From: a virus
Reading direction: 5' to 3' (one strand)
IMG/VR virus record: IMGVR_UViG_3300012347_000302
Location: 20-64,019 of that record
Length of the DNA stretch: 64,000 nucleotides
Shown here: one piece after another, positions 28,615 to 38,746 of the stretch
Layout of the letters: each line of letters opens with the position of its first letter
How positions within the stretch are numbered: the first letter of the stretch is position 1
Translations under genes and position numbers: made by a program
Notes under the pieces: generated by a model
The model's input: the letters and a program-made list of their open reading frames with translations, nothing else
The model's database searches: none
What the model was told of the DNA's origin: nothing

Positions 28615-31449
28615 TCAGACGGCGGGGGTAGCGAACGCTGTCTCGTCGATGCCAATGGAGTCTCCATCAAAAACGTAGCATCGAATGGCAATACCGCTGA
28701 GCCCGCCGACCGCGCCAGCACCCAAACGGGTCGGATGCGATTTGCCGTCGTGCTTCATGTAGCCGGAAGCGTGCAGTCGGGCGATGCTGTCCTTGACGTC
28801 CACCTGCCGTATGGCATAAAACCTGCGGAACTCCGCCACAGAGATGGCCAGCTCACGGGTATCAGGGTCGTAGCGCATGCGCAGTGTGCCCTTCGGTGTG
28901 ACTGCAGGGCGCTCAGGCAAACCACCGGGCGGTGTGAACGGTGCCACCAACGCGTTGTTCACGTTCTCGTTGATGAACGCAGCCAGTGTTTCCTGTGCCA
29001 CGGTAGTGGGGTCGCCAATGTCGGCCTTGGTCGATGCACGAACCTGAGTCACCGAGGTCAGCGCGTACTGGTAGACGTGCGAGATTTCGATTTCATGCAA
29101 CTGCAAGCGGCGGCTTATCAGGGCCCCCACGAACGCGCAGGTCAGGATGGCCGAGTAGAAGCGATCCGATTGATCCAGTCCCAGCTCCGCGTCGATCTTG
29201 GTCTGCATGTTGGCCAGCAGTGCACGCACGCTGTCTATGTTCGCCATCACGTACTCGATGTAGATGGGGCCCGCCACACCGAAGTTGGTGTTGAGCTTGC
29301 CGAACACAGCGTCGATCTCTTGCTTCGTGGCACCGGTGTACTTGGGCACAGACAACTCCAGCACGCGGCGCAGTTCGCCGTCAGCCGTGCTCTTGTATTG
29401 CTGCAGTACGTCCGTCACCGAGGCGTTGCCCGAGGTCAGCGTGATGTTGCACCAGACGGTGTGGTTCGCTCGCATCTTGTTGGACTGGGACTCCATACGG
29501 TGCTTGCCCCGCCCGGAGGTGAAGCCGTAGGCCATGTCCGACAGGACTTCTGCCTTCTCGTTGGTGATCTCATCCACGGTGTAGATCAGGCTGTTGACCA
29601 TGCCCAGCATGTGCATCTTGGAAGCATAGGTGTCCTCCTTCTTCATGAGCAGGTCGTCCGGGTGCCCGAAGATCGAGTTGGCCACCATCTGGGCAGTGGA
29701 CTTGCCGGAGCCAGACCCGTTGTGCTTGAGGTGCACCATCGCGCCCTTGACCACGTTGCCTTCGATCAGGCGCAGCAGTGGGGAGCCAAAGCCAAAGAAC
29801 AGTGCCAGCGCATGCGGCTCCAGTCCGGGGCGGTTGTAGAAGTTGGCAATCTTCTTCCACTCTTCCAAGCTGCCGGTCGGTTTGAACGCGGCAGCCAGTT
29901 GCCTTGTGCCGCTGGCGGGGGGTGCCAGCTTGACGCCAGACGCCGTGTATTCCAACTCACCAACGACGAAGCCCAGCAGGTCGGGAGTCCACCCCATCTG
30001 ATTGCGAGTGCGGTTGGCCGAGTATTGTGACTGCAGCTTGCGGATTGCGGATGCGAAATATGCCATAAGAACTTCCAATTTTTTACCATAGGCGACGACG
30101 CCGTTGCGCACCAGCAGGTCACGCAGTTTGTCCGTAGCGAACAGCGTAGTGACCGGGGCGAAGAAGCGGCGCACGCCATCCTTGCGCATGTGCAGGTTGA
30201 TGCCAACCATCTCGCCATCACCACTGTCGTGCTCATCGGAGTCGAAGAAGCGCTCTGTCAGGTAGAGGTCGTCCGGGTAGATTTCAACCTCGACGTCATC
30301 GCCGTCCTTATCCCGATCCTTGCGGAACACCCCGCCGTTTACACCGCGGAAGTACGGAAACGGGTACGCTGGAATCGACAGGGCCACAACGGGCGAGTCC
30401 TCGTCCTCTTCCTTCTCGATCACGTAGTGGTCGTCCGTAACCGGGGCTTCCTCCACGATCTTGCCGATCAGGATCGGGCTGCTGATGTTTTGCTTGCAGC
30501 CCTTGCAGCCTTCAGCGTAGTTGTCTCGGAACCACTGGCACGTATAGGGGCCCTTGGTCTCGGCTGCTTTGGCTTCGGTGTCTGCCGCCGTGTAGCCGGG
30601 GTGGGCCTTGGACAGCTTGTGGATTGCCTCCGCACCGTCTTCACAACGCACAGCGATCGACAACGCAGCCCGCCACAGGGGCTCTTCCAGCGTAGCGGCG
30701 TTGACCAGTGCGCTCTTGATCTGTGCACAGCCGGAAGTACCCATGCTGCGGGCCACGACGCGGGAGAATATGCACTTGGGGAACTCACCGCCAGCAATGT
30801 CACGAGTCGAAGCGTCCATGCCAAACTGTTTGGCTGCAGACAAATCAACGGGTGCCGGTGGCAGGTGCTGGGCGAACACACTCAGGTCAGTGGGCTGGCC
30901 TTGAGCAACGATCTGGACAGGACGCGCGGGGGTCGTCTTGTAGTTCTGGGTGCCGGGTACCCGCAGGATGCGAACAGTGTCCGCAGTCACCGCTGGGTCG
31001 GCGTGCAGGTTGTGCTGTGCGCACAACCGCTTGAGGGATTTGGCATGGGGCAGCCACTCGGCTGCGGTAACGTCTTGGGTCAACGGCCAGTACACATGCA
31101 GACCACCGCCTGAATTGACCACTGTAGGGCTGGGGAGCCCGGTGCTTGTAATGAATACGGAGAGTGCTTGAGCAGCAGCAGGTTGGTCAGCGTAGGGCTT
31201 GCCCGTGCCGCAGTCCAAGTCCAAAAAGAACGCCCGCAGGAACGCAGCGTTATCCGCCTTGCGGCTTGAGTCATCATGGAAAGTTGCCAGTGCGAAGTAC
31301 GCATCGACACCCTTACCCACGAGCGCAGTGCTCACATCATCAACATCATCAATCGTCTCGTGGAACGATTGCTTCACAACACCGGACCGTATCCCTACCG
31401 TGCAGTATGTGCCCTGTGTGGGCAGAACGGAATTGAGAAAATCAGTCAC
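28615..31449 (-). CDS. Primase-helicase (AEP/RepB-like primase + PriCT-like + DUF927/P-loop domain)
   Basis: FFLDLDCG and VNSGGGLHVYW AEP motifs; EPLWRAALS; GSGSGKST Walker A; YTVDEIT Walker B; G.GK.RM. Confidence 0.85.
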   Translation of the reverse strand: MTDFLNSVLPTQGTYCTVGIRSGVVKQSFHETIDDVDDVSTALVGKGVDAYFALATFHDDSSRKADNAAFLRAFFLDLDCGTGKPYADQPAAAQALSVFITSTGLPSPTVVNSGGGLHVYWPLTQDVTAAEWLPHAKSLKRLCAQHNLHADPAVTADTVRILRVPGTQNYKTTPARPVQIVAQGQPTDLSVFAQHLPPAPVDLSAAKQFGMDASTRDIAGGEFPKCIFSRVVARSMGTSGCAQIKSALVNAATLEEPLWRAALSIAVRCEDGAEAIHKLSKAHPGYTAADTEAKAAETKGPYTCQWFRDNYAEGCKGCKQNISSPILIGKIVEEAPVTDDHYVIEKEEDEDSPVVALSIPAYPFPYFRGVNGGVFRKDRDKDGDDVEVEIYPDDLYLTERFFDSDEHDSGDGEMVGINLHMRKDGVRRFFAPVTTLFATDKLRDLLVRNGVVAYGKKLEVLMAYFASAIRKLQSQYSANRTRNQMGWTPDLLGFVVGELEYTASGVKLAPPASGTRQLAAAFKPTGSLEEWKKIANFYNRPGLEPHALALFFGFGSPLLRLIEGNVVKGAMVHLKHNGSGSGKSTAQMVANSIFGHPDDLLMKKEDTYASKMHMLGMVNSLIYTVDEITNEKAEVLSDMAYGFTSGRGKHRMESQSNKMRANHTVWCNITLTSGNASVTDVLQQYKSTADGELRRVLELSVPKYTGATKQEIDAVFGKLNTNFGVAGPIYIEYVMANIDSVRALLANMQTKIDAELGLDQSDRFYSAILTCAFVGALISRRLQLHEIEISHVYQYALTSVTQVRASTKADIGDPTTVAQETLAAFINENVNNALVAPFTPPGGLPERPAVTPKGTLRMRYDPDTRELAISVAEFRRFYAIRQVDVKDSIARLHASGYMKHDGKSHPTRLGAGAVGGLSGIAIRCYVFDGDSIGIDETAFATPAV

Positions 31450-31471
31450 ATAACCTCTCGGGTAGCTGGAA

Positions 31472-31505
31472 TAAAAAAGGGGGCGGCAGGAAGACCCACC
31501 GCCCC
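31472..31505 (-). terminator. Terminator between HTH gene and primase-helicase
   Basis: On - strand GGGGCGGTGGG-TCTT-CCTGCCGCCCC then CTTTTTT. Confidence 0.75.
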
Positions 31506-31516
31506 GCTGGGCGCGA

Positions 31517-31765
31517 TCACTTACGCTTGGACAAGCGCGTTGTGACCTTTGAAATCAGAGCCAGATACCGAGGGTTTGGTGTCGTCTTCCCCGTCATCCA
31601 GTTGTAGACGGTTGCACGCGTCACACCGAACAGCTCGGCCACTTCTGTGACCGGGATGCTTTTCTCGATGCACACATCCGCCAGCAGCAGGACTGCTGGC
31701 TTCTGGTCGGCGTCTTCCACCTTACGGATAAAGAGGGAGTCATACCCCCGGATTTTTTTAGGCAT
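31517..31765 (-). CDS. XRE/Cro-like helix-turn-helix protein
   Basis: IPVTEVAELFGVTRATVYNWMTG. Confidence 0.85.
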   Translation of the reverse strand: MPKKIRGYDSLFIRKVEDADQKPAVLLLADVCIEKSIPVTEVAELFGVTRATVYNWMTGKTTPNPRYLALISKVTTRLSKRK

Positions 31766-32675
31766 CTTCGTCAGTCGCCCAGTCGCTCAGAATGTCAGCC
31801 ACATTCTTGGAGGCTGCCGGTGCCGATTCGGCTTTGGCTTTTGCAGGAGCACGCTTGACTGGCTCAGCAACTTCCTCAGCGTCCACCTTCTCAACGGCTA
31901 CTTCCTTGGCAGGGATCGGCGCTTCTTTGAAGGCTGCTGGCAGCGCAGCTTGCTTGTTGTCAGTCTTGCTTGGCACCATCTTGAACTCGACCGCTTGGAT
32001 CGCGTCTTCAGTCAGGCTTTGAGCCTTGGCCAATTCCCACTCCTCACGAGCCAACGGACGCACAGCGCGGAACTTCAGCACTGGCACAGCTTCGCTTGTG
32101 TCGAAACGGGCTTCGGTCACGACGCCTGTGATTGGGATACCGTGGCCAGCCAAGAACTTGCCGTAGGCTTGCAGAGGCATCTTGTCACCGTCAGCCTTGC
32201 CGAAGTAGGATTTGGCGGGAACCGACAGGCGGTAGATGTTGCCACCCACATCGTTCTCCAAAGCCACGGCCAAACGCTTGCTGTAACGGCAGGCGCGGGA
32301 CTTGCCTTCGCCGGAGCCTTCAATGTTCTGCTGGCATGTAGCGCAGGTCTTGGCTTGTGGCTCTGGCACTTCTTCGTTGGGCACCACACCTTCGGCAGAC
32401 CAGCAGGCAGGCTTGATGTCCTTGCCTTCTTCATACTTGTCAGCGTAGAACGTGCGGGACACACCCTTACCGGCCGAGATCACCACGATGTTCATGGAAC
32501 GCTCTTCGTTCTTGGCAACTTCTTCACCGCCCACCACCATGCGCCACACGCCGCCCTTGATGGAAATGCTCTTGCCGCCGGAGGAGCCTGCAATGTCTTT
32601 GGTGGTGGAGTCGGATGCCTCACGCAGATAGTCGGGGATAACGGAACCGGATTTGAAAAGTGTCATATTGCTCAT
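31758..32675 (-). CDS. Putative single-stranded DNA-binding protein
   Basis: SISIKGGVWR, SRTFY...Y, PACWS..G..P, C..C..N..GS and acidic/aromatic C-terminal tail (SDWATDEDA); lies in the replication module. Confidence 0.6.
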   Translation of the reverse strand: MSNMTLFKSGSVIPDYLREASDSTTKDIAGSSGGKSISIKGGVWRMVVGGEEVAKNEERSMNIVVISAGKGVSRTFYADKYEEGKDIKPACWSAEGVVPNEEVPEPQAKTCATCQQNIEGSGEGKSRACRYSKRLAVALENDVGGNIYRLSVPAKSYFGKADGDKMPLQAYGKFLAGHGIPITGVVTEARFDTSEAVPVLKFRAVRPLAREEWELAKAQSLTEDAIQAVEFKMVPSKTDNKQAALPAAFKEAPIPAKEVAVEKVDAEEVAEPVKRAPAKAKAESAPAASKNVADILSDWATDEDA

Positions 32676-32694
32676 TTGATTTCCTTGATTGGAG

Positions 32695-33087
32695 TTACTT
32701 GGAACGGCGAACCGTGATCGAGTATTTCGACTCGACATTTACACCTGCTGGCATGATGTTTGGGTTTTCCTTGAGCATGTCCACAAAGTTGCCTTGGTGG
32801 ATGCGACGCTCTAGAACTTCCGGCACATCGTGTTCGCGGATGAACTTGTACATACTGTCCCAGTCACTGGTCCAGTAGCGTGTTTTGACAGACCGTGTGA
32901 ACGATCCGAATTGTGTCTTGCCACCGTCTTGGCCGGTGGTCTTGCAGAGTTCAAGCAGTTCCTGCTCTACGGCGTCGAGCTGGGCGTCAAGCGCACCAAC
33001 TTCTTCCTCCATCTGCTTCTTCTTCATTTCCTTGGCGTCTCTGATCTTGATGTAGACCTGCACCAATTTATTGGCATCTGCGGGCAT
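32695..33087 (-). CDS. Conserved replication-module hypothetical protein
   Basis: LVQVYIKIRD coiled coil; KTRYWTSDW; LERRI.Q. Confidence 0.75.
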   Translation of the reverse strand: MPADANKLVQVYIKIRDAKEMKKKQMEEEVGALDAQLDAVEQELLELCKTTGQDGGKTQFGSFTRSVKTRYWTSDWDSMYKFIREHDVPEVLERRIHQGNFVDMLKENPNIMPAGVNVESKYSITVRRSK

Positions 33088-33121
33088 TTGATTTCCTGTG
33101 AATTGCGTTGAACGAGTTGAG

Positions 33122-33149
33122 ATTATACATTGTCAAAGTCTGGCGTCAA
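33122..33149 (-). promoter_or_regulatory. Sigma70-type promoter for the SSB operon
   Basis: On - strand TTGACG-16 nt-TATAAT, ~35 nt upstream of the ATG at 33087. Confidence 0.65.
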
Positions 33150-33324
33150 TGTTTTTTCGTCGGAGTTTGATCCTCCAAAAAAGTTGCCACATGCGGCTTT
33201 GTTTCGTACGGTGCAGGGACCGGGTTCCAGTGTAGAAGCGCCCGTCGATAAGCCTGCCGAACGGCTTTGCTTTGGGTTGACCCCGCAGTAGGCGTTGCGA
33301 GGTGCGTTTATACGTGCCGATCAT
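33133..33324 (-). CDS. Small Arg/Lys-rich protein (63 aa)
   Basis: ATGA overlap with the upstream 53-aa ORF. Confidence 0.5.
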   Translation of the reverse strand: MIGTYKRTSQRLLRGQPKAKPFGRLIDGRFYTGTRSLHRTKQSRMWQLFWRIKLRRKNIDARL

Positions 33325-33482
33325 TGGTGCTCCGCGATCAATTCGTGTTTGACGATTTCTAAGACCCCGAGGACTTCCGCCAGCGAAGTGCGGCCGTCGT
33401 ATGTGTGGATGACTTCTTTGAGTTGGTCGCACAACTCTTGCAGGTGTTGCCGCTGAAACATGCCGTGAATAACTTCACTCAT
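33321..33482 (-). CDS. Small protein (53 aa; not in ORF track)
   Basis: MSEVIHGMFQRQHLQELCDQLKEVIHTYDGRTSLAEVLGVLEIVKHELIAEHQ; ATGA overlaps at both ends. Confidence 0.7.
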   Translation of the reverse strand: MSEVIHGMFQRQHLQELCDQLKEVIHTYDGRTSLAEVLGVLEIVKHELIAEHQ

Positions 33483-35032
33483 TCTGATAACTCCTGCTTG
33501 TATAAATCAACCAGCGTTTGGTGGAGGTCGATCTTGTCCTGCAGCATGGCGTACATGCGGCGCTCGACTGGGCTCCCCTGCAAGTGGGTCACGGTCACGC
33601 AGTTCTTTTGCCCCGCGCGGTGCGCACGGGCATTGGCTTGGATGTAGATTTCCGTTGAGGACACTGGGCCCCACCACACCACCTGATTGGCGCGGGTGAG
33701 GGTAATCCCGTGTGCAGTGGCTTGCGGCACCATGATGAGGATGCGGGGATCGTCCTCGGTCTGGAACTGCTTGATGATGTCCGCTCGCTTGGTAGCGATC
33801 ACCCCGCCGTGAATGGTTGCCGTGGTGTAGCCCGCCTTGATGACCCGGTCCTCCAGCATCTCAAGCGTGTGGCGGTACGGCACGAACACCAGCACCTTCT
33901 CGTTGGTGTTGGCAATCACATCGAGCAGCTCATTGACCCGGTTGTCCACATCGAACTCAACCACATCCCTATCATCCGTGTAGACCGCGCCTTGGGAGAT
34001 TTGGAGCAGCTTGTTGAGCATGGATGCTGCGTTGACTGCCGTGACTTCGGACCCGGCTGCGATGACCGCCATTTGTTTCTTGATCGCGTCATAGTACTTC
34101 GCCTGCTGCGGCGTCAACGGCACCTCGCGTGTGGAGTACAGCATGTCAGGCAGGTCAAGGCACTCAGCTTTGGTAAAGCGTATCGCAGGCTGCAGAACTT
34201 GGTGCACGATAGCCTGTGCGTCTTGGCGCGGTAGCCACCGATACTGCGACATTTTAATCATCACGCGGTCGCGGAACGCGCCGAAGAAGCGCGGCACTGC
34301 ATCGGGGTTCACCAGCTTGGCCAAGCCATACGCATCGAGTGGGGACTGCGAAGCGGGCGTGCCTGTCATCATCCACAACCGGACACCGGGCGTGATGAGT
34401 TCCGCCAAGCACTTCCAGCGATCGGTCTGCACGCTCTTGATGGCGTTGGCCTCGTCCACGATGACCAGATCGAAGCCGCCGTTCTTGAGCTCCTCGGTGA
34501 CAACCTTCACCCCGTCGAAGTTGATGATGACGAACTCGTAGTTGCCCGCGATGACCGCCTTGCGTTGTGTCTTGCTACCTTGGGCGATGGCCACTGTGCG
34601 GTGCATCACCGTCTTGAACAGGTCGGAGCGCCATGCAGTCTCCATGATGGACACCGGGCACACGATCAGCACGCGCTTGACCTTGCCTTGGTTCATCAGG
34701 TAGTCGGCTGCCCATGCAGCGGCGGAGGTCTTGCCTGTGCCCGCCTCATTAAAGATGAAGCAACGGGAATGGAGTGTGAGGAAGTCTGCAGTGGTGCGTT
34801 GGTGGTCGAACGGGGAGAACATGCCGGGCCACGCGTAGCGGCCGAGGATGGGGCTCGGGACTTCCTTGATGCCGAGGTTGCGCAGCAAGAGAGTCTCTTC
34901 AAACCCCCAGTTGACCAGCACCTGATCCACATCGCCGTTGCTTGCAACGACCTTACTCTTGGGGATGATGGCAGTGATCTGCCCGGCTTTGCGTGTGTTG
35001 AACAGCAGTGCCTTGTTCTCGATGACTTGCAT
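33479..35032 (-). CDS. SF2 (SNF2-like) DNA helicase
   Basis: NEAGTGKT Walker A; VIVDEA Walker B; MTGTP; HGITLT.A; QANARAHRAGQ motif VI. Confidence 0.92.
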   Translation of the reverse strand: MQVIENKALLFNTRKAGQITAIIPKSKVVASNGDVDQVLVNWGFEETLLLRNLGIKEVPSPILGRYAWPGMFSPFDHQRTTADFLTLHSRCFIFNEAGTGKTSAAAWAADYLMNQGKVKRVLIVCPVSIMETAWRSDLFKTVMHRTVAIAQGSKTQRKAVIAGNYEFVIINFDGVKVVTEELKNGGFDLVIVDEANAIKSVQTDRWKCLAELITPGVRLWMMTGTPASQSPLDAYGLAKLVNPDAVPRFFGAFRDRVMIKMSQYRWLPRQDAQAIVHQVLQPAIRFTKAECLDLPDMLYSTREVPLTPQQAKYYDAIKKQMAVIAAGSEVTAVNAASMLNKLLQISQGAVYTDDRDVVEFDVDNRVNELLDVIANTNEKVLVFVPYRHTLEMLEDRVIKAGYTTATIHGGVIATKRADIIKQFQTEDDPRILIMVPQATAHGITLTRANQVVWWGPVSSTEIYIQANARAHRAGQKNCVTVTHLQGSPVERRMYAMLQDKIDLHQTLVDLYKQELSE

Positions 35033-35062
35033 GATAGGTGTTGAATTAAATTGAACGAACGG

Positions 35063-35097
35063 AAAAGAGGCCCGGTAGCAGAACTACCGGGCCAAAA
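35063..35097 (-). terminator. Perfect 10-bp hairpin terminator
   Basis: GGCCCGGTAG-CAGAA-CTACCGGGCC with TCTTTT following on the - strand. Confidence 0.7.
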
Positions 35098-35147
35098 CCC
35101 ATAAGGAGAAAGCACACTCGTCAGTTGCCTGACGCCCAAATCGTAAC

Positions 35148-35432
35148 TTACTTTTTGCGCTCGCGCTTGGAAATTTGTGACTTCATCGCGCCTGTTTTTG
35201 TGCGGGCGAAGCTGGTGTTCTCAGACTGCGGGGCTGCCCGCAGGTTGCTGAGTTTGGAGGTACCACCCTTGGACATGGCCTTCTTGTGGTCCACGTCTAC
35301 GGTTGACGGCAGGTCGCCGTTGGCCTTCTCATACGCACGTCGCGCCTTGTGGCGTTCAGACTGTGCCTTGAGCTGGGCTGGCGTGCCCTGATAGTTTTTG
35401 TATTCGGCGGCGTAGTCGCGGGGTTTAGCCAT
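35148..35432 (-). CDS. HNH endonuclease-like protein
   Basis: DVDHKKAMSKGG...SNLR...EN. Confidence 0.75.
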   Translation of the reverse strand: MAKPRDYAAEYKNYQGTPAQLKAQSERHKARRAYEKANGDLPSTVDVDHKKAMSKGGTSKLSNLRAAPQSENTSFARTKTGAMKSQISKRERKK

Positions 35433-36087
35433 GATGGTACTCACATGAAGAGACGGGGCAGAATTTGCAGAGTGCTGAGCTGCGGGGATTCCACACCCCC
35501 ACGTCTACGGCCTTCTCGATGGCCCCGGCTCTGCCTGCCCACTTGGACAGAATCTCGGGGAGCTGAGCACGAGTGTACTCAGCCTTGATGATGTCGCCAA
35601 CCACCACGAACAACAGGGCGCCTTTAACTTTGTCCACGGTGGGGTGGTGCAGCATGACCATAGCGGCCATGAGTTCGAGCTGCGCGGTGTCCGCATACCG
35701 GCTGGATTTGCCGGTCTTGTAGTCGGCTACGCGGGCTGTCTTTCCAGACTTGCTGATGGCAAGGTAATCCGGGATGCCTCGGAACCATACGTCCTTGTCA
35801 AAAAAGCCACACGGGCTAAAGTCAACTCGGATCGCCATACGCTCTTCGCACCGGATGTCCCCGTCGTGGGCTGCAAGCGGCTCGACGAATGGTTTGTATG
35901 CGGAGAATTGCTCCGGCAGTGGTGTGCCGTCCTTGATAAAGTCTTCAAAGGCTTTGTGTACTGCTGTTCCATAAAGTGTTGCTGTAGTGTCTTGTGACTT
36001 GAATTTTTTGAGGATACGAACTTCGTGATAACGACGGGCACAGCCCTCGTAGTCTTTGACGGACGAATAGGAATGAGCAAGTGCCAT
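35425..36087 (-). CDS. PD-(D/E)XK (Cas4/RecB-like) nuclease
   Basis: SYSS...YEGC; G..VH; FRGIPDYL...VADYKTG; QLELMA; C.FCPV..C. Confidence 0.88.
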   Translation of the reverse strand: MALAHSYSSVKDYEGCARRYHEVRILKKFKSQDTTATLYGTAVHKAFEDFIKDGTPLPEQFSAYKPFVEPLAAHDGDIRCEERMAIRVDFSPCGFFDKDVWFRGIPDYLAISKSGKTARVADYKTGKSSRYADTAQLELMAAMVMLHHPTVDKVKGALLFVVVGDIIKAEYTRAQLPEILSKWAGRAGAIEKAVDVGVWNPRSSALCKFCPVSSCEYHHG

Positions 36088-36121
36088 AGGAAGTAACTGG
36101 AGGTTTGTTTGGACCCCCAGT

Positions 36122-36289
36122 TTAACCGGGTCTACCCTTTAGGGCTTTGATTTTTTGCTGTACCGCGCGGATGGCCTCGCGTTGCCTGCGCTTCATGCCT
36201 TCATACGCGGGGCCGAAATCGCATTGCGGGTCGGCCACCAATTCCTCCAGCGATTCGAGGGCCAGCTTCAGCACATCAACAGTCTCCAT
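36122..36289 (-). CDS. Small helical protein (55 aa; not in ORF track)
   Basis: METVDVLKLALESLEELV...; fills the gap between polymerase and nuclease. Confidence 0.6.
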   Translation of the reverse strand: METVDVLKLALESLEELVADPQCDFGPAYEGMKRRQREAIRAVQQKIKALKGRPG

Positions 36290-38201
36290 AGCTCGCTCCC
36301 ATGCCGGACTCGCAGGACAGTGGTAGGCCCACTGCCCACTTGGGGTTCCAGTTCATGCACTCCTCCAGATAGGCTTGGGCTTCAGCAGCCTCTTCCTTCT
36401 TGGCAACGATGGCCACAGCGTCATGCACCGTCAACACCACCTTGTATCGCTTGGATACGCGCAGCATCTGCTCGGCCACGATCTGCCGCGCCACCGCCTG
36501 ACAGATGTTCTCCACGACCTTCCCACCGTAGATGCGGACAGGCAGTCCCTTGGACGTGTACACCAGCTCGGTCTTGCCTTCGTCGTTGGTGATCTTGCGC
36601 AGCTTGGGGTACTGGATGTGCAGCCCGTTGGGCAGCGTCAGACCTTTGCCGGGGATGGCCCGAATCAGCCCCACTGCGTCCACCTGCATGGACTGGCCCA
36701 TGAGCATCGCATTCAGTGCCTCACCTGCACGCTTCCAGAACTCGGCAATGCGGAACGACGCGCTACGGTATGTGTCAATGATCCGCTTGGATTCATCCAG
36801 CGACACCTCAACACCGGCTTGAGTCTTGAGGAACACCTGCAGCTTGACGTGCCCAACGCCGTAGCCTGCGCCCAGCACCACGGTCTTGCCAACCTGACCC
36901 TCGGTCTTGTCGGGGTTGAACTCAACGCCATCGGCACCGATCTCAACACGCTTGCGGTCCACTGGTCGGCCGTAGAGCTTGGTGGCCATGAGTGAGTACA
37001 CGTCCTCCTTGTTGCGGAACGCCTGCACCAAGTCCGCCTGCCCTGCCAGCCACGCCAACACCCGCGCTTCAATCTGCGCTGAGTCGCAGTCAATCACCAC
37101 GTAGCCCTTGGGGGCCAAAATGGCTTTCTTGATCTTGCCAGCGTTCGCACCGCGCGACGGAAGGTTCTGCAGGTTTACAGAGTCTTGGCCAGACCAACGA
37201 CCAGAATGAGCGCCGTAGTAACGCAGAGGAACCGGAAACTTGCCGCGACGAGCCATCCCAATAAAACGCTCCGTACGAGTTTCCTCCAGTGTGGTTTTAT
37301 TCCCGAGTCGGGCAGCCACCAACGCTTGTACTCTTTCATCTTCGTGTTCCTCAAGCGCCTTGAACGCCTCGTCTGTCTTGGCAAATGCCCATGCCGTTTT
37401 CTTGGTGGTCGCGCTGATCTTGGTGGGCGGGTCGATGCCCAGTGATTGCAGGGCCAAGGCAAACTTGTCGTTGGACATGAGCAGCTTCTTGATGCCCTCC
37501 ATACCCTCGGTGTAGATCGCATGCACGTAGTCCGGGTCAGCGTCCTTGAGCATATTGTCGCGCACGGTCTCCAGCAGTGCCAGCTTAGATTCCTTCACGT
37601 TCTCCAAGTGCTCGGACAACTGCAGCGGGTCCAGCTCCAGCACAGGCTCAATGAACATGCGCAGTGTCAGGTCGATCAGTTTCAGCTCTTGCTTGGGGAA
37701 GCCAGCGTTCATGTACATCATGAAGATGTCGTAGGTCAGCTCCACGTCGTTGATGCAATAGGAGGCGTACCGTGCCAGCTCCGCATCGTAGAAGTCCGCG
37801 TAGCGTTTGCCAATGGCGTTCAGCACCTCGTCACCCTTGACGCCGACTCCCATGCGTTCAGCTTGCGCCTTGAGGCTGTGTGCCCGGTCATGAGGGTACA
37901 GCGCACGAGACATGCCCAGCGTGTCCGCCCACACCAGCGGCTTAACGCCGTAGTGCCAGTCGAGGATGGCGCCATCGAAGGCTGTGTTCTGGCACACCAC
38001 CATCGCGTCAGACCAGTCGAAGGCTTTGATGAACGCAGCGCACTGCGGCTTTGGCACCCATTGGGTGGGGCCGTCGTTGGTCTTGATGGCAAAACCAATC
38101 AGCTCGAACTGCGGCGAGCGCACGTAGTCCTCAGTAGTAATTTTAGAGAGCGAGTACTCCCTATCGTAATAAGTTTCCGCATCGAATGTGACGATCTTCA
38201 T
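36276..38201 (-). CDS. polA: DNA polymerase family A with 3'-5' exonuclease, no 5'-3' exonuclease
   Basis: TFDAETY (ExoI), QNTAFD (ExoII), YCINDV (ExoIII); DCDSAQIEARV (motif A), GKTVVLGAGYG (B), LTVHDA (C); ATG overlaps the upstream TAA. Confidence 0.93.
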   Translation of the reverse strand: MKIVTFDAETYYDREYSLSKITTEDYVRSPQFELIGFAIKTNDGPTQWVPKPQCAAFIKAFDWSDAMVVCQNTAFDGAILDWHYGVKPLVWADTLGMSRALYPHDRAHSLKAQAERMGVGVKGDEVLNAIGKRYADFYDAELARYASYCINDVELTYDIFMMYMNAGFPKQELKLIDLTLRMFIEPVLELDPLQLSEHLENVKESKLALLETVRDNMLKDADPDYVHAIYTEGMEGIKKLLMSNDKFALALQSLGIDPPTKISATTKKTAWAFAKTDEAFKALEEHEDERVQALVAARLGNKTTLEETRTERFIGMARRGKFPVPLRYYGAHSGRWSGQDSVNLQNLPSRGANAGKIKKAILAPKGYVVIDCDSAQIEARVLAWLAGQADLVQAFRNKEDVYSLMATKLYGRPVDRKRVEIGADGVEFNPDKTEGQVGKTVVLGAGYGVGHVKLQVFLKTQAGVEVSLDESKRIIDTYRSASFRIAEFWKRAGEALNAMLMGQSMQVDAVGLIRAIPGKGLTLPNGLHIQYPKLRKITNDEGKTELVYTSKGLPVRIYGGKVVENICQAVARQIVAEQMLRVSKRYKVVLTVHDAVAIVAKKEEAAEAQAYLEECMNWNPKWAVGLPLSCESGMGASYGDC

Positions 38202-38746
38202 TAGAAGTCCCCAAAAGGTTTTGTGGTACGCATTGCGTATTCGTTCTCTTGCCGCCGGTGCCGCTCCAGCTCCATTCGGTACTTCTCCTTCTCCATTCGA
38301 TACACCTGATCTATATCCGGTGGGTAGCTGGTGCTGGTAACGGCGGTGCCCGCCCAAGGCGGTTGGGCTTGGTTCACCAATGACCCCAACATCGACTTAC
38401 CCCCACCACGGCCGCTACTGGTAGCGTACGGCGACTTCTCCACTTCATTCGCCTTCGGTTGCATGAGTGTGGTCAGCACATCCGCGGCCAGCCACACTTC
38501 GTAGAGGTGCGTTTCAGCAGCAGCCAAGATGGCCTTGGCATCCCGCAGGGACATGATATTGCCCCGGTGCACACCTTGCCCGATATCGTAGGCCGTATCC
38601 AGCATGGAGCGGAACTTCCCCGCGTAGCCCCGAAACTCCTCAGGGTGTTCCTTCATCTGGTCGATCAGCATCTTGGCTCCGTCCGAGCAGTCCGGCTGGA
38701 GCGGGGCTTTCCCATTTGAGATTGTTCTTTTTGGCATATCGTTCAC
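38201..38746 (-). CDS. Hypothetical protein
   Basis: 181 aa, coupled on both sides. Confidence 0.7.
   Translation of the reverse strand: MNDMPKRTISNGKAPLQPDCSDGAKMLIDQMKEHPEEFRGYAGKFRSMLDTAYDIGQGVHRGNIMSLRDAKAILAAAETHLYEVWLAADVLTTLMQPKANEVEKSPYATSSGRGGGKSMLGSLVNQAQPPWAGTAVTSTSYPPDIDQVYRMEKEKYRMELERHRRQENEYAMRTTKPFGDF

Noticed and set aside
33131-33136. TTGACA directly before TATAAT as a -35 box
   Set aside because: Only 3 nt from the -10; the properly spaced -35 is TTGACG at 33144-33149.
35425-36087. Cas4-like nuclease as part of a CRISPR system
   Set aside because: Sits in a standard phage replication module; no other cas genes or array.
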